DNA of 63,870 nt, filler included, from Barthelona sp. PAP020 (GCA_040182905.1; 3 parts of 3 records of this genome joined end to end with filler, not necessarily neighbours in it), one strand, 5' to 3'; numbered from the whole stretch's first letter, positions 20,064-30,641 are shown. Notes: generated by a model from the letters alone, not told the origin. Translations and numbers: made by a program.

Positions 20064-21842
20064 ATGAGCAGAATAGTATCATTAAAATCAGACAGAAAAC
20101 GAAATATTATGAATTCCCTTTCCAATCAAAGCAGAAGGACAAACGTTTCTGCTTATGTTTCACTAATTTCAGATGAAAGGATAAAAATGGTTTCAAAGCA
20201 ACAAAATTTTACACCAGTACATAATGTTATCACTGTTTGCTGTAGATTAAGACCAATATTTGATTATGAAGTAAATAGTGGTGAATTTGTTTCAGTCAAT
20301 GTTATTAATCCAAATGCAGTTGTACATGAATGTACTACAACTGTAGATAATGCTCCAAAAATTATTAATCATCATACAAAGTTGGATCTTGCATTTTCAG
20401 ACAATGCAGACAATTCGGAAATATTTGATAACATATGTGTTCCACTGTTGGAACAAATGTTACGTGGTGTGTCGTCATCTTTGATTGCTTATGGTCAAAC
20501 AGGTAGTGGAAAATCATACACGATTTTTCATTTGATGTTCAATTTCGCTCAAGTTTTGTTTAATTATACACATCAAAAAAATCTGGAAGTGCATATTTCA
20601 ATGATCGAATTGCTTGGAAACAACACTTCTGATATTGTTTCCGGAAATGATGTTAAAGTAGTTGAAAATGAAAATGGAGATATTTGTACACTAAATGTGG
20701 ATAAATTTAAATGTGACTCTGCCGAAGGTCTGCTGGAAGTTCTTAATTATGGGTTTTCTAACCGTTCTACAAGTTCTACAAATAGAAATGATCAATCATC
20801 AAGATCTCATCTTATTACAACCATTGAATTGGTGAATAAAAAACATACTTTGAGTTCAATTGATTTTATTGATCTTGCTGGGTCAGAACGTGCACAAGAT
20901 AATTTTACAAATGATAAAGAAACCACCCGAATATCTGGTCTTATAAATTCATCTTTAATGGCCCTTAAAGATTGCATTCGAGCCCGAAGTGCCAAGCAAT
21001 CTCGAATTCCATTTCGTGCAAACAAGTTAACACTATTATTAAAAAAATGTTGGACAGATGTTAATCATCGAACTGTTGTCATTGGATGTCTTTCACCATG
21101 TGGTTGTGATTTTAGAGCATCAGTAGACACGATTCGATTTCTTCAGCGTATTGCTGAGGTGGGCCATGTTTCGTCAGTTGATGTATCTAGACCTGAAATG
21201 TGGCGAAAACCTCAAGTTCGACAGTTTTTGGAGGAAATTCTTGATGATCTTAAAATTAAGGCCAATCAACGTGAAGAAATTCTGCGAAGTTTTAACATGA
21301 ATGGTGGCCTCTTTTTTCGATTGACAGAAGCCCAAATTGCCAATCGAGCCAATGATAATCGTATTGGAAAAGTCATTTATGATGAATCATACAAATGTTT
21401 GAAGAGTAAAAGACAGTTGTCACGTACTCGCAAACAAATTGACACTTCATTTTGGAACAAATGTGGAGCTTTTGGTGTGGAAGAATTTTCAGAACTCTTT
21501 GCACCCATTTCATCGTTTACTCAAGCTATTGATAGAGTTACAGCTAAAGAGTCTGGTGTGGAATTTCTTAGACAAAAAGGAATTGTCAAATCATTTGAAA
21601 TTCAAGATAAGGAACTTCAAGAGATTACACTTTTTTCTGGAATATTTTCCAACAAATTCGTGATTGCTTGTGAAGGAACAATGTTAAATAAAATGTTTGA
21701 TTATTTTGTGAATAATCCTTATCTTCATGTGTTTTCATTTCAAATATTCACCAATCTTTCAGTTGAAAATGAACAAATTCTTATTGGAGAGAATTATGAG
21801 TTATTGGACAACTCATTTCTTTTATTTGTTCAAGATTTTTGA
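20064..21842 (+). CDS. Kinesin-13-like motor (paralog B), 592 aa
   Basis: VCCRLRP, YGQTGSGKS, NDQSSRSH, IDLAGSER, INSSLMALKDCIR, IPFRANKLT; same SAM-like and C-terminal domains as paralog A. Confidence 0.9.
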   Translation: MSRIVSLKSDRKRNIMNSLSNQSRRTNVSAYVSLISDERIKMVSKQQNFTPVHNVITVCCRLRPIFDYEVNSGEFVSVNVINPNAVVHECTTTVDNAPKIINHHTKLDLAFSDNADNSEIFDNICVPLLEQMLRGVSSSLIAYGQTGSGKSYTIFHLMFNFAQVLFNYTHQKNLEVHISMIELLGNNTSDIVSGNDVKVVENENGDICTLNVDKFKCDSAEGLLEVLNYGFSNRSTSSTNRNDQSSRSHLITTIELVNKKHTLSSIDFIDLAGSERAQDNFTNDKETTRISGLINSSLMALKDCIRARSAKQSRIPFRANKLTLLLKKCWTDVNHRTVVIGCLSPCGCDFRASVDTIRFLQRIAEVGHVSSVDVSRPEMWRKPQVRQFLEEILDDLKIKANQREEILRSFNMNGGLFFRLTEAQIANRANDNRIGKVIYDESYKCLKSKRQLSRTRKQIDTSFWNKCGAFGVEEFSELFAPISSFTQAIDRVTAKESGVEFLRQKGIVKSFEIQDKELQEITLFSGIFSNKFVIACEGTMLNKMFDYFVNNPYLHVFSFQIFTNLSVENEQILIGENYELLDNSFLLFVQDF

Positions 21843-22006
21843 TTGATTTTTCCAATTTGTAAATATTTTTTGTTTTTAGGAGTTTTTTCAATCGATAATT
21901 CGTGGTAATACTCGATCAGGTCTTCAAACGTGATGATATGGATAATGCTTGAACAAAAGCGAGCAAAGAACAAAAAACAAAAAACAAAAACAAAAAACAT
22001 GTACAT

Positions 22007-22178
22007 TTATTTGGCAGTTCTAGTTGATTGCCTTGTTCCAGTTGTTGACCTTCTGCTACTTCCGGCTCTGCTTTGTTTTGCTCTTTCTTTTTCAAGTTTT
22101 TTTTGTGCTTTTTCTTTGAATTTATATATTTTGGCAGAATTAGCCTCTCTAACTAAATTACCTCTCCATACACTTTGA
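22007..22178 (-). CDS. 3' end of an IQ-motif protein truncated by the contig end
   Basis: Own translation: QSVWRGNLVREANSAKIYKFKEKAQKKLEKERAKQ...TAK* fits IQxxWRGxxxR followed by a basic tail. Confidence 0.65.
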
Positions 22179-22278
22179 NNNNNNNNNNNNNNNNNNNNNN
22201 NNNNNNNNNNNNNNNNNNNNNNTTAATTAATTAANNNNNNNNNNNNNNNNNNNNNNNNNNNNNNNNNNNNNNNNNNNN
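22179..22278. other. Artificial contig-joining linker
   Basis: 44 N + TTAATTAATTAA (stops in all six frames) + 44 N = 100 nt. Confidence 0.97.
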
Positions 22279-22500
22279 GTTCTTCCCCAAATATTTATGT
22301 ATGAACGACACAATAGAATTTTAGGCTCGATTCCTCCACCTTGACTTTTGGCTGAAATTTCCTTGAAAGGATTTTTGGGTTTGCTTTCTCTGTAAATAAA
22401 TTTGTTTCACAATTGGACCAAAGTGTCAAGCCTCAATTATCATTTCTTTCTGTTGTGATACCGATTGTTGGCGTCTAATCAACCAAATTTAGAGGCTCTA
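22279..22500 (-). mobile_element. Possible decayed IS630/Tc1/mariner transposase fragment
   Basis: Minus-strand pieces across frameshifts and stops: ASKF..HNRK, ANP..KFQPKVKV/GGI, YINI. These resemble the Tc1 core DESKF...KVMVWGGI...YIxIL, and lie at a contig end. Confidence 0.35.
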
Positions 22501-22869
22501 ATCGAAGAAGTGAAAAGGTCTTCAACACAAGAAAAAATGAAGATTTGATGGATTCATAGCACACATGCACGGTTAATTAATGAATCTCTTGAGTAGAAAT
22601 ATGTCAGTGTCATCACTGAATCAACAAATCCGTAAAATGAATTGTGAAAATAATTATTCTTTTCTTTCTTATATTTACCATTATTTGTTTGTTTTTGATA
22701 TATCTCTTGGTAAAGACTAGTTGCCTCCTGAGGGACTTAAACTTCGGTAATCAACTCTCCCCTTCGGCTTTGACTGAAACATAGTATATATGTTTTCTGT
22801 GTTTATTTAAATCAAAACAAATTCAGTTGTTTCACAACTGGACACATTTATAATATTAAAAACATTTCA

Positions 22870-24438
22870 TTAAACCACATTAGCAAAATTTGAAAACTTT
22901 GCTGGCATATCCACATGATTCATATTCATACTGTTGTTGTTGCGAAACGCTTGTTGATTATTGTAGTACAATTGTTCGCTATTAAAATGTGATTGAGGTT
23001 GTTGGTTGTTGTAATATGGTTGAGGTGGGTGTTGTTGATTGTTGAAATGAGGTTGAGGATGAGGATGAGAATAAGGTTGTTGACTGTTAAAATTCCCTTG
23101 TCCATTGTTATAATGAATTGGTTCTTTTTTTCCACAACAACAGCATTTAATGCAAAAAAAACAACAACAACAAGGAATTAAAATCACTAATGCCAAGAAT
23201 ATAATGGTGAATAACAGGCCTTGAAGTGAAGTTTGATGTTCAACAATTTTAACACAACCTTCTGCAGGTAATTGGCTCACATCCAGTGGATTTTTCGTTG
23301 TGAAATCGCAAACAGACTTTGGAGTAACAGGATACACAGCACTGTTACATTCTGCTTGATTGAAACTGACAGAAGAAGCTAATTCTCGTAATCCACAGGC
23401 TTCTCCGTTTTTAGTTGGCATGGCAATTCTAATAAACCCATCTTCACCCCACTCTTTACCCCAACTATTTAAAACTTCAAAATATGGTTCACTATCTTCA
23501 ATATTATACCCAACCAACACAACTGCATGAAGATCAGAAGTGTGTTCAATCAGATTTCCATCACAATTCTTGAGAACACCTGAAGAATACGTTGCCCATG
23601 GACCAGCATTAACAGTAACCGAAATAGGACCTTTATGATAGAGGTAGGCCATCAATTGTTCATTAGTTGCTTCAACAGCACTAGAATCAGCCAATAAATT
23701 ATGGATAAAACCCCAACACCTTGCATGAATGCTGTAATTTCTAGGAACTGGAGCAACACAATATTCACTTGCAGGATTGGCTGTATATGGCAGATCACAC
23801 ATAGTTTTGAAAGATAAAGGATCAGTTTTCAAGGTACTCATAGCATAACCACGATAAACTTGAGATCCAGAACAACCACCTCCAAGATTACAGACCCAAT
23901 CTTGACTAGACAAATAAACTTCCTTACCTGTTTCTTTTTTTACGTAAAATTCGCTCATAGCCATTCCAGATTGGGCATAACAAGATCCACATGATCCCTG
24001 ATTTCTAATAACCTTAAAATTTTGTTTATACGTATATTTATTTGGGTAAGTATTTTTCTGAGTATTTGTCAATGAATTGTACCAATAAGTGGCATTATAA
24101 ACGAAATCGATTCCTTCAAAACACTTAGTATTATCAGCCGTTGCATAATTTGCACTGGTATCAGCTGCAAGAATACCATCACGCTTATTTTTGAGGTGTT
24201 GAAGCAGTTCACCATCATCTGAACCAATCAGTTCATTTAAGTGTTTATCTAAAACAGGAGAGGATAAATCCTTTACTTTTTCAAATCTTTCTTCAAATAA
24301 AGCCTTTCTTATTAAATATTCAGTTGAAGAATACTCTCTTCCATGAATTTTCAAATATTGATCAAAGCTACTTTTTGCAAATGATTGTATTATCAAACAA
24401 ATAAATATTAAACTGATCGTTTTTCTCATATTTAACAT
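22870..24438 (-). CDS. Membrane-anchored papain-family (C1A) cysteine protease, 522 aa
   Basis: Signal peptide, pro-region, NQGSCGSCYA, LHAVVLVGY, NSWGKEWGEDGF; then a TM helix, Cys cluster PCCCCFFCIKCCCCG and a Q/P/N/Y-rich tail. Confidence 0.92.
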   Translation of the reverse strand: MLNMRKTISLIFICLIIQSFAKSSFDQYLKIHGREYSSTEYLIRKALFEERFEKVKDLSSPVLDKHLNELIGSDDGELLQHLKNKRDGILAADTSANYATADNTKCFEGIDFVYNATYWYNSLTNTQKNTYPNKYTYKQNFKVIRNQGSCGSCYAQSGMAMSEFYVKKETGKEVYLSSQDWVCNLGGGCSGSQVYRGYAMSTLKTDPLSFKTMCDLPYTANPASEYCVAPVPRNYSIHARCWGFIHNLLADSSAVEATNEQLMAYLYHKGPISVTVNAGPWATYSSGVLKNCDGNLIEHTSDLHAVVLVGYNIEDSEPYFEVLNSWGKEWGEDGFIRIAMPTKNGEACGLRELASSVSFNQAECNSAVYPVTPKSVCDFTTKNPLDVSQLPAEGCVKIVEHQTSLQGLLFTIIFLALVILIPCCCCFFCIKCCCCGKKEPIHYNNGQGNFNSQQPYSHPHPQPHFNNQQHPPQPYYNNQQPQSHFNSEQLYYNNQQAFRNNNSMNMNHVDMPAKFSNFANVV

Positions 24439-24702
24439 CCTGAATTAGAACAAAAAAAAATCCTTTCCTTTCCAGGGAAACGAATATATCAAAAAATTTT
24501 GATTAATTTTTGTCATTTTAACGAGACAAATCCTTGAATATTTAATTTTGGTAAAGAATGAACTGTTTTGAAAAAACCAAGAAGAAATTTCGGGTTTTTT
24601 ATCAATAATACTTTTCAAAACAACGAACAATTATTTCAAAAAGAGTATTTTTCATCATGATTTCTCAAAAAGCAAATCAGTGGTCTTTTTTTATTTTTGA
24701 TA

Positions 24703-25929
24703 ATGAATTTTGACTTGAATAACCATTCAACAGAAGCATTAATTAAAAAAACGATTTATGAAATGTCTTATTTTAGAATCTGTGAAGAAGAATGTAAACC
24801 TTTAATTAATATTAAGGAAAATAACATATATGACTGTAAATATTCAACAAATGGGGAATATTTTGTAATTGGGTGTGACAAAAATACAATTGTATTTGAT
24901 ACTTCCAGTGGAAAACACATAAAAACAATAAAAAATAATTCAAATACTGTTTATGGCATAGCTTTTTCACCCGATGGGCAATTTATGGCTACAGCTTCTT
25001 GGGATAAAACTTTCATTATCTATAATGTTGAAAATTTCTCCACGTTAATTAGACATCACAATTCAACACATGTTTTAAGTGTTTGTTTTTCAAAATGTTC
25101 AAATTATTTGTATATAGGTGATTACAAAGGAAATATCAAAAAAATTGATGTTTTCAATAACATTGTTATTGGTGAAACAAGAGTTCACATTGCTTCTGTC
25201 ATGAAAATGATTATTTTTTCAAAAGGAAAGTATCTAATGTCTGGAAGCAATGATAAAACTGTTAAACTAACTGATTTGAAGAACATGATGTGTCTTCACA
25301 CATTCAATCATGATGGTTCTGGAAGAGCATTTACAGTAGATCCAACAGAACATTATCTGGCTATTGGTGATTATAATGGTGTTGTGAATGTGTGGAACAT
25401 TTCTGATGGGTCATTCACAGACATGCTAACTTTTGATTCTCAAATATTTCAGGTTGAATTTCTAATGCCACATATTTTGATTATATCAGATGGTGATGGG
25501 TGTTTACTTACCTACAACATTAAAATGAAGCAAAACATTCAAAGAATTTCATGTCATTGTCAAAATACATTTTTTTCTCTGGCTATCTCACCAAATAAAA
25601 CACAGTTAATTGTAAATAAACAAAATAGGGACGAAAAAAACGTGAGCAAATATCCAATCAAACTCATTCTAGATATGACAAACGTTTCAAGAATAATCGA
25701 ACTGTCCAAACAAAATGGTGATGTAATTTCATCGATCATGTCCATGAATTTAGATATGTCAATAGTCAGACAATTGATAACAAATGGTGTCCATTTAAAC
25801 ACCAATGAATACAGTATGATTATTGACACTTGTTGGGATCTTATCGATATAAACCGAATCAACAATGGAAATATGTATATATTCCTGAACGAACCTGAAA
25901 GGGATCATAGTGACACTGATGATGATTGA
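24703..25929 (+). CDS. WD40-repeat protein
   Basis: VYGIAFSPDGQFMATASWDKT, LMSGSNDKTVKL, LAIGDYNGVVNVWN. First ATG is 24703. Confidence 0.85.
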   Translation: MNFDLNNHSTEALIKKTIYEMSYFRICEEECKPLINIKENNIYDCKYSTNGEYFVIGCDKNTIVFDTSSGKHIKTIKNNSNTVYGIAFSPDGQFMATASWDKTFIIYNVENFSTLIRHHNSTHVLSVCFSKCSNYLYIGDYKGNIKKIDVFNNIVIGETRVHIASVMKMIIFSKGKYLMSGSNDKTVKLTDLKNMMCLHTFNHDGSGRAFTVDPTEHYLAIGDYNGVVNVWNISDGSFTDMLTFDSQIFQVEFLMPHILIISDGDGCLLTYNIKMKQNIQRISCHCQNTFFSLAISPNKTQLIVNKQNRDEKNVSKYPIKLILDMTNVSRIIELSKQNGDVISSIMSMNLDMSIVRQLITNGVHLNTNEYSMIIDTCWDLIDINRINNGNMYIFLNEPERDHSDTDDD

Positions 25930-25978
25930 CCTTCATACAATCTACAAGTTTTACTTTTCATAATCTTAAGTTTTTCCT

Positions 25979-26476
25979 CTATTTAGTGGGAGAAATTAAT
26001 TCAGAATGACAACCTCCTAAAACATCAATATTCTCTCCATCTATCATAAAAACTCCTCTTCTGTTGACTATGACTTCTTTTAAACTCAATTTACATCCTT
26101 TTGTATGCATTTGAATGTCGAATTCAGCACAAGGATTGCCAATCATATAAACTACAAAATCAAAAGCACCATCAGAAACAGCAAATTTAAAAGTGTTTTG
26201 TAATAAAGTGGAAGAACATTTTTTGTTGGTGTTTGAAGCATTTCCTATGTTGATAACATCAACGATTTCAACTAAAAATGGACCTTTCAAAATTTCTTCT
26301 TTTTCAAAATCAATATCCTTAGGTAATGATCCTTTACTGTAAAAAGATAATGAATTGACTAATAAATGTTCAAAAATTTCATTTTTGTTTTTTAAATGTA
26401 CATTTAAAGCGGTAAAATAATTATTTCTTGGCTCAAATCCCAAAGAAATACATAAATTTTTCAAATCATTTGCCAT
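25979..26476 (-). CDS. RMI1/TDRD3 N-terminal OB-fold protein, 165 aa
   Basis: GSLP..LKGPFLVEIVDVINIG..FKFAVSDG..GCKLSL..RRGVFMI..NIDVLGG fits the RMI1_N OB-fold pattern. Confidence 0.75.
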   Translation of the reverse strand: MANDLKNLCISLGFEPRNNYFTALNVHLKNKNEIFEHLLVNSLSFYSKGSLPKDIDFEKEEILKGPFLVEIVDVINIGNASNTNKKCSSTLLQNTFKFAVSDGAFDFVVYMIGNPCAEFDIQMHTKGCKLSLKEVIVNRRGVFMIDGENIDVLGGCHSELISPTK

Positions 26477-26719
26477 CAACGAAAAAAAAAGTTATGATTT
26501 TTGTTTACTTTTTCTTAGCACTTCATACTATTAACACGATTGCAAAAAACTTACTTAGATGACTAATTATTTTAATTAAGGAAACAAACTTTCAACACAA
26601 AAAAAAAAACATATATTTGTGTTTATACAATTCCCCATTTTATTTCATATTGTAAAGGATTTGACAATCTTAAACCTTCAACTTTTCATTATAATCAATT
26701 AAAATCAATAACCCAGAAA

Positions 26720-29700
26720 TCAGATTGTTGCGCAACCCAACAATGCTATGGTAACAACCTTAACATCATTTGATTCTGTTTTTGCAACAAAAGAATAGTT
26801 ATAACAATAAATAACATCCTTTTCTGCTGAAATTGTTGGCTCAAATTTAATGGGAAATTTAACGAAACTATTGGCCTCAATGAACAATTGATCATGATAC
26901 GTTACAAACTGTTTACCAATTTGAGGGCAAAATACAGTCATCATTTCGTCGCTACCATTATACAATTTCAACATTTTCTTACCATTGGAACCCAAAGAAA
27001 CATTACCAAAATTGACGTACTGTGCCTTCACATGAAAATGATTATCATCCCCCTTTTTCAGATTCAATTGATTTCCCAATACATTCAAATCATTTGGATT
27101 AACGATAATTGAGGGTGTATCTATGTGAAAGTGGCAAATTTGCTTAAAATTGTTGTTATCCCAAATATCAATATCAACAATTCTATTCACATTTAATGTG
27201 GTTTTAAAAGGAATAGCAGTGAATGATTTAGCAAGAATCTCTCCTTCATTGGCAATAAAATCTACTTTATGTTTGGTCTTCTCAATATAAAAGCTCATGT
27301 CCTCTGAAAAAACATTTTGCAACAAAACACATCCAACAGAAACATAGCAAATTTTTGCAATTTTCTTGAAAATCTGAAAACTTGGCGAAATAACTCGAAT
27401 ATTTTTGGTTTTCAGCAAAATGTGTTTTTTTGACTGTGTCTTTCTTTTCAAACGTCCCTGTTTCAAACCTACTTGTTCATTGATCACTGATGTTTCTTTA
27501 CGGGCTTGAGTAGCCTTATGAGAAGTAATCAATGTTTGTACTTTTTCATCCTTCATATTGTCCCTCTTATTTATCAATATGGATTTGGGATATTGTGAAT
27601 GATGTTTATTTTTTCTATACTCTGTGTTCTTTGATGATGATGTAGCATTTTTGGAGTTTACAAAATTATTGGCCATAAAGTATGTTGAAGCTTCATTGTT
27701 GATTTCTTTTTCTTCAAACTGCTCAACATGTTTTTCCAATGGCTTCATAACAGGTTTTTCCATCACAAAATTTTGAATTTTTCGATTGGCTCTCTTTCGA
27801 TCATTTTCCAAATCTTTACGATTAATTCCTTCAACTTTGAAAGAAATAGCTATCGATTCTCGATATTGGTCATTAATGAACACATTTTCAATGCTAAAAT
27901 TATCAAACTTAACGTTAGCCTTGTTGAGATGATACAAACCATTCCCTATCATTCGTAATTGTTCAATATCTTCGTTAATAACCTTGCTGAACACATCTTT
28001 ATCATTTTTGGTCAATAAACGTCTTCTTCTGATCATTTCTGTACCATGGAAGATGTCTAATCTGACAGTTTCAACCTCATCTAATTCATCATTAGCATCA
28101 AATACACTTAAATGAATTGTGATGTTGGTAGACGTCATTGCAGGCAATAAAAAGAGACCTTGAGGTTCGAATGTCAAAGCTACTTTTGAATTACTGGGCA
28201 CGATATCTTCCAACAACAAATAGGCAGTTGTATGTCCAATATTACTCACTGAAAACGTTTGAGAAGCAACATAACCAACTTCAATGGTTCCTAACAAAAT
28301 TTCAGTTGGAAATTCCAAAATTGGACGTCCAAATGTACAAATCAATGGTGTTTTATAAACAATTTTAGGATTATTCATGTCAAAAAACTTAATGACAGTG
28401 CGTACCGTAATAGGATAATCAATTGCATGATTTTCATCAAGTGACATGCATAACTCAAAATTCACTTCCGTTTTCGGTAAGATAGAAACTTGAGCCTTAG
28501 AAGGATCAATATTTTTTCTTTCTTTTCCTTGTAAATGTCTCGAAACTCCATTAACTTTCATGATTACCAAATTTATTGCAACATCATCACTATATATTTG
28601 CAAATTCATTGGTTTTTCAGTGTAATTCAACAAAACAAGCTCTCCTACACCCCAATCATTCAAAGGAACACAACCAAAATCAACAACGGGAACTTTTGCA
28701 AGGATGGGTGGAAAAGAATTGCCTTTTTTCAATTTCATATTGTCAACACCAGATCTCAACTCATTAAAACTGGAAGAGTCTACAAATTTACCATGCTTTC
28801 CAATAGGTTGTCCACGATGAGTTCCACCAAAGTTTGGACGAGAGGGAAGCTTAATTGGAGAATTTGATTCAAATGAATCTTTGGATGAGACTTTTGTCTT
28901 CTCCATAACAGAGTTTTCTGTCTCTTTAAAAGATAAATTTGGTGCAAAACTATCATAGTCTTCATAATGTATTTGATGCCTTAATTCTGATATCGGAGAT
29001 GTAGCTTGATCCTTTGTAGGCATACTTTCAGAATAGCGATTTTCTTTTGATGAGTGTGGAAGATCATATGGTTGTTCCAAATAATCGTCGTGATTTGGTT
29101 CAGCTAATGATGTTGAAGGACTCACACGTACTGCAGGTTTAGAGAAAACTGGATGTTTTGAAAAGGCTTTTGAATTGGTATCAGAAACATTCAAATCCTT
29201 CATTGGTTTTTGTAATTGCTGAAGTCTTTCCAACCAACCCTTCTGATTTCTGAATTCCAGATCAGAATTATTATTTTGTTGCTGATATTGATCTTTTGGA
29301 ACAACAATTTCATCTCTTTGCATATTGTGGGAAATGGAAGATGTAGATTGAATTTTTTTTGAAGAATTATGAATAGGAGTGTCCAATGGACTAGCTTTGT
29401 GAGAAACATAATCGTTAAAATCATCAGTTTCCGGTTCTTTTTCAACAAGATCCAGTGATTTATTCTCATTGTCAAATTTACCTTCAAAGTCCTTTCTTTG
29501 TGAAACATACGAAACTCTATTGACATTTTGACTATTAACAGTATCGTCTGATGTACTTGTAATCCTCTTATAATTCGATGCATACACATCATCTATTTGC
29601 TTTTCATACTTCGCTTCCAAATTATTCAATGTTGTATCAAAATCAGAGGAGTTAGACCTAACTTCTGCAGAGGATAAATGTTTTTGTCTTTTTATTGAAC

Positions 29701-30430
29701 GTTTAGATTCTTCCAGTTCTTGTTGCTCTTGTTCTTGAATAAGAACAGGTGGCTCACTTAATGATACTGATGCAATTGGATAATCAATTAAAATAGTCTC
29801 TTTTTGCAATAAGTCAGGCAAATTTTCTTCAATATTTATGTCAGTTTTCAAAAATTGTTTGAATTGATGCCCAATTTCATGAACTTCTTCATCATTCTGA
29901 ATATTTTCATCCTCAAAGTGAGAAACATCGGTCAAAATCGCAGGAAACTTTGGATTGACATGGGATTTTCCCTTTTCGCTAAATTTCCTTTCAATACCCT
30001 TCGACTGATCATTTTTAACACTTGTTGATTTAAGCAAATTAGAAGGGATCCAACCATGATTGTCTCTTTCTAATAAATTTGAAGATTTAGAAGAATTAAT
30101 AAAAACATCTTCTTCTTCAAATGTATTTGGTTTTTCTATCAGTCTCATTTCTTGTTCTTCTTCATTATACCTATTTGCTTCATCTAAATCATCAAATGAC
30201 AAAGGATTTGTTTTCTGCAAAAATAAAGGGTTAAAACTAAAATTATCTTCTTCATTATACAAGGATTTTCTGTTTTTTGGCAAGAATTTGGTTCGAGGTA
30301 TGCTGGGTATTGGTGGACGAACTTCTGTTTTCAATTCTTCTGGGGTTCTTAAATAAACACCATTTCTTTCATTTTGTAATATTCTATCTATTTCATTTTG
30401 TGTTAAATTGGTTCCTGATGGTGTTAACAT
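26720..30430 (-). CDS. Cep192/Spd-2-like centriolar protein with ASH/PapD-like domains
   Basis: Long disordered N-terminus, then repeated FG..(N) ASH motifs (VDFGCVP..LLNYT; LGTIEVG..VSNIG; VNFGNVSLG..LKLYN..FPIKFEP) and SPD-2-like IFHGTEMIRRR. First ATG is 30430. Confidence 0.6.
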   Translation of the reverse strand: MLTPSGTNLTQNEIDRILQNERNGVYLRTPEELKTEVRPPIPSIPRTKFLPKNRKSLYNEEDNFSFNPLFLQKTNPLSFDDLDEANRYNEEEQEMRLIEKPNTFEEEDVFINSSKSSNLLERDNHGWIPSNLLKSTSVKNDQSKGIERKFSEKGKSHVNPKFPAILTDVSHFEDENIQNDEEVHEIGHQFKQFLKTDINIEENLPDLLQKETILIDYPIASVSLSEPPVLIQEQEQQELEESKRSIKRQKHLSSAEVRSNSSDFDTTLNNLEAKYEKQIDDVYASNYKRITSTSDDTVNSQNVNRVSYVSQRKDFEGKFDNENKSLDLVEKEPETDDFNDYVSHKASPLDTPIHNSSKKIQSTSSISHNMQRDEIVVPKDQYQQQNNNSDLEFRNQKGWLERLQQLQKPMKDLNVSDTNSKAFSKHPVFSKPAVRVSPSTSLAEPNHDDYLEQPYDLPHSSKENRYSESMPTKDQATSPISELRHQIHYEDYDSFAPNLSFKETENSVMEKTKVSSKDSFESNSPIKLPSRPNFGGTHRGQPIGKHGKFVDSSSFNELRSGVDNMKLKKGNSFPPILAKVPVVDFGCVPLNDWGVGELVLLNYTEKPMNLQIYSDDVAINLVIMKVNGVSRHLQGKERKNIDPSKAQVSILPKTEVNFELCMSLDENHAIDYPITVRTVIKFFDMNNPKIVYKTPLICTFGRPILEFPTEILLGTIEVGYVASQTFSVSNIGHTTAYLLLEDIVPSNSKVALTFEPQGLFLLPAMTSTNITIHLSVFDANDELDEVETVRLDIFHGTEMIRRRRLLTKNDKDVFSKVINEDIEQLRMIGNGLYHLNKANVKFDNFSIENVFINDQYRESIAISFKVEGINRKDLENDRKRANRKIQNFVMEKPVMKPLEKHVEQFEEKEINNEASTYFMANNFVNSKNATSSSKNTEYRKNKHHSQYPKSILINKRDNMKDEKVQTLITSHKATQARKETSVINEQVGLKQGRLKRKTQSKKHILLKTKNIRVISPSFQIFKKIAKICYVSVGCVLLQNVFSEDMSFYIEKTKHKVDFIANEGEILAKSFTAIPFKTTLNVNRIVDIDIWDNNNFKQICHFHIDTPSIIVNPNDLNVLGNQLNLKKGDDNHFHVKAQYVNFGNVSLGSNGKKMLKLYNGSDEMMTVFCPQIGKQFVTYHDQLFIEANSFVKFPIKFEPTISAEKDVIYCYNYSFVAKTESNDVKVVTIALLGCATI

Positions 30431-30641
30431 GCCAAATTTCTCATAAAAAACTATATATTCCAAAAGACTCTTACGGTTTCGCTAAAAAATTGACAATTAT
30501 TACGAATCAATAATTTAATATGTTCTTTTATAAAAATATGCAAAACAATAACATCCAAAAAAAACAAAATGAAAAATTCTTCATGTCACCGCCAAAAAAA
30601 AATTTTCTTCTTTGTGAATAGTCTTATATTTATTGCATTAA

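Noticed and set aside
21930..22178. Track ORF of 82 aa on +
   Set aside because: Antisense shadow of the minus-strand IQ-motif gene end.
22179..22278. TTAATTAATTAA palindrome inside N-runs (also 44291-44390) as a biological motif
   Set aside because: Identical 100-nt design both times; a standard six-frame-stop concatenation linker.
22715..22760. HDV-like or twister ribozyme (GCC-TCCT motif)
   Set aside because: No P1 helix with a G-U pair and no catalytic C in a J4/2-like strand; twister consensus not met.
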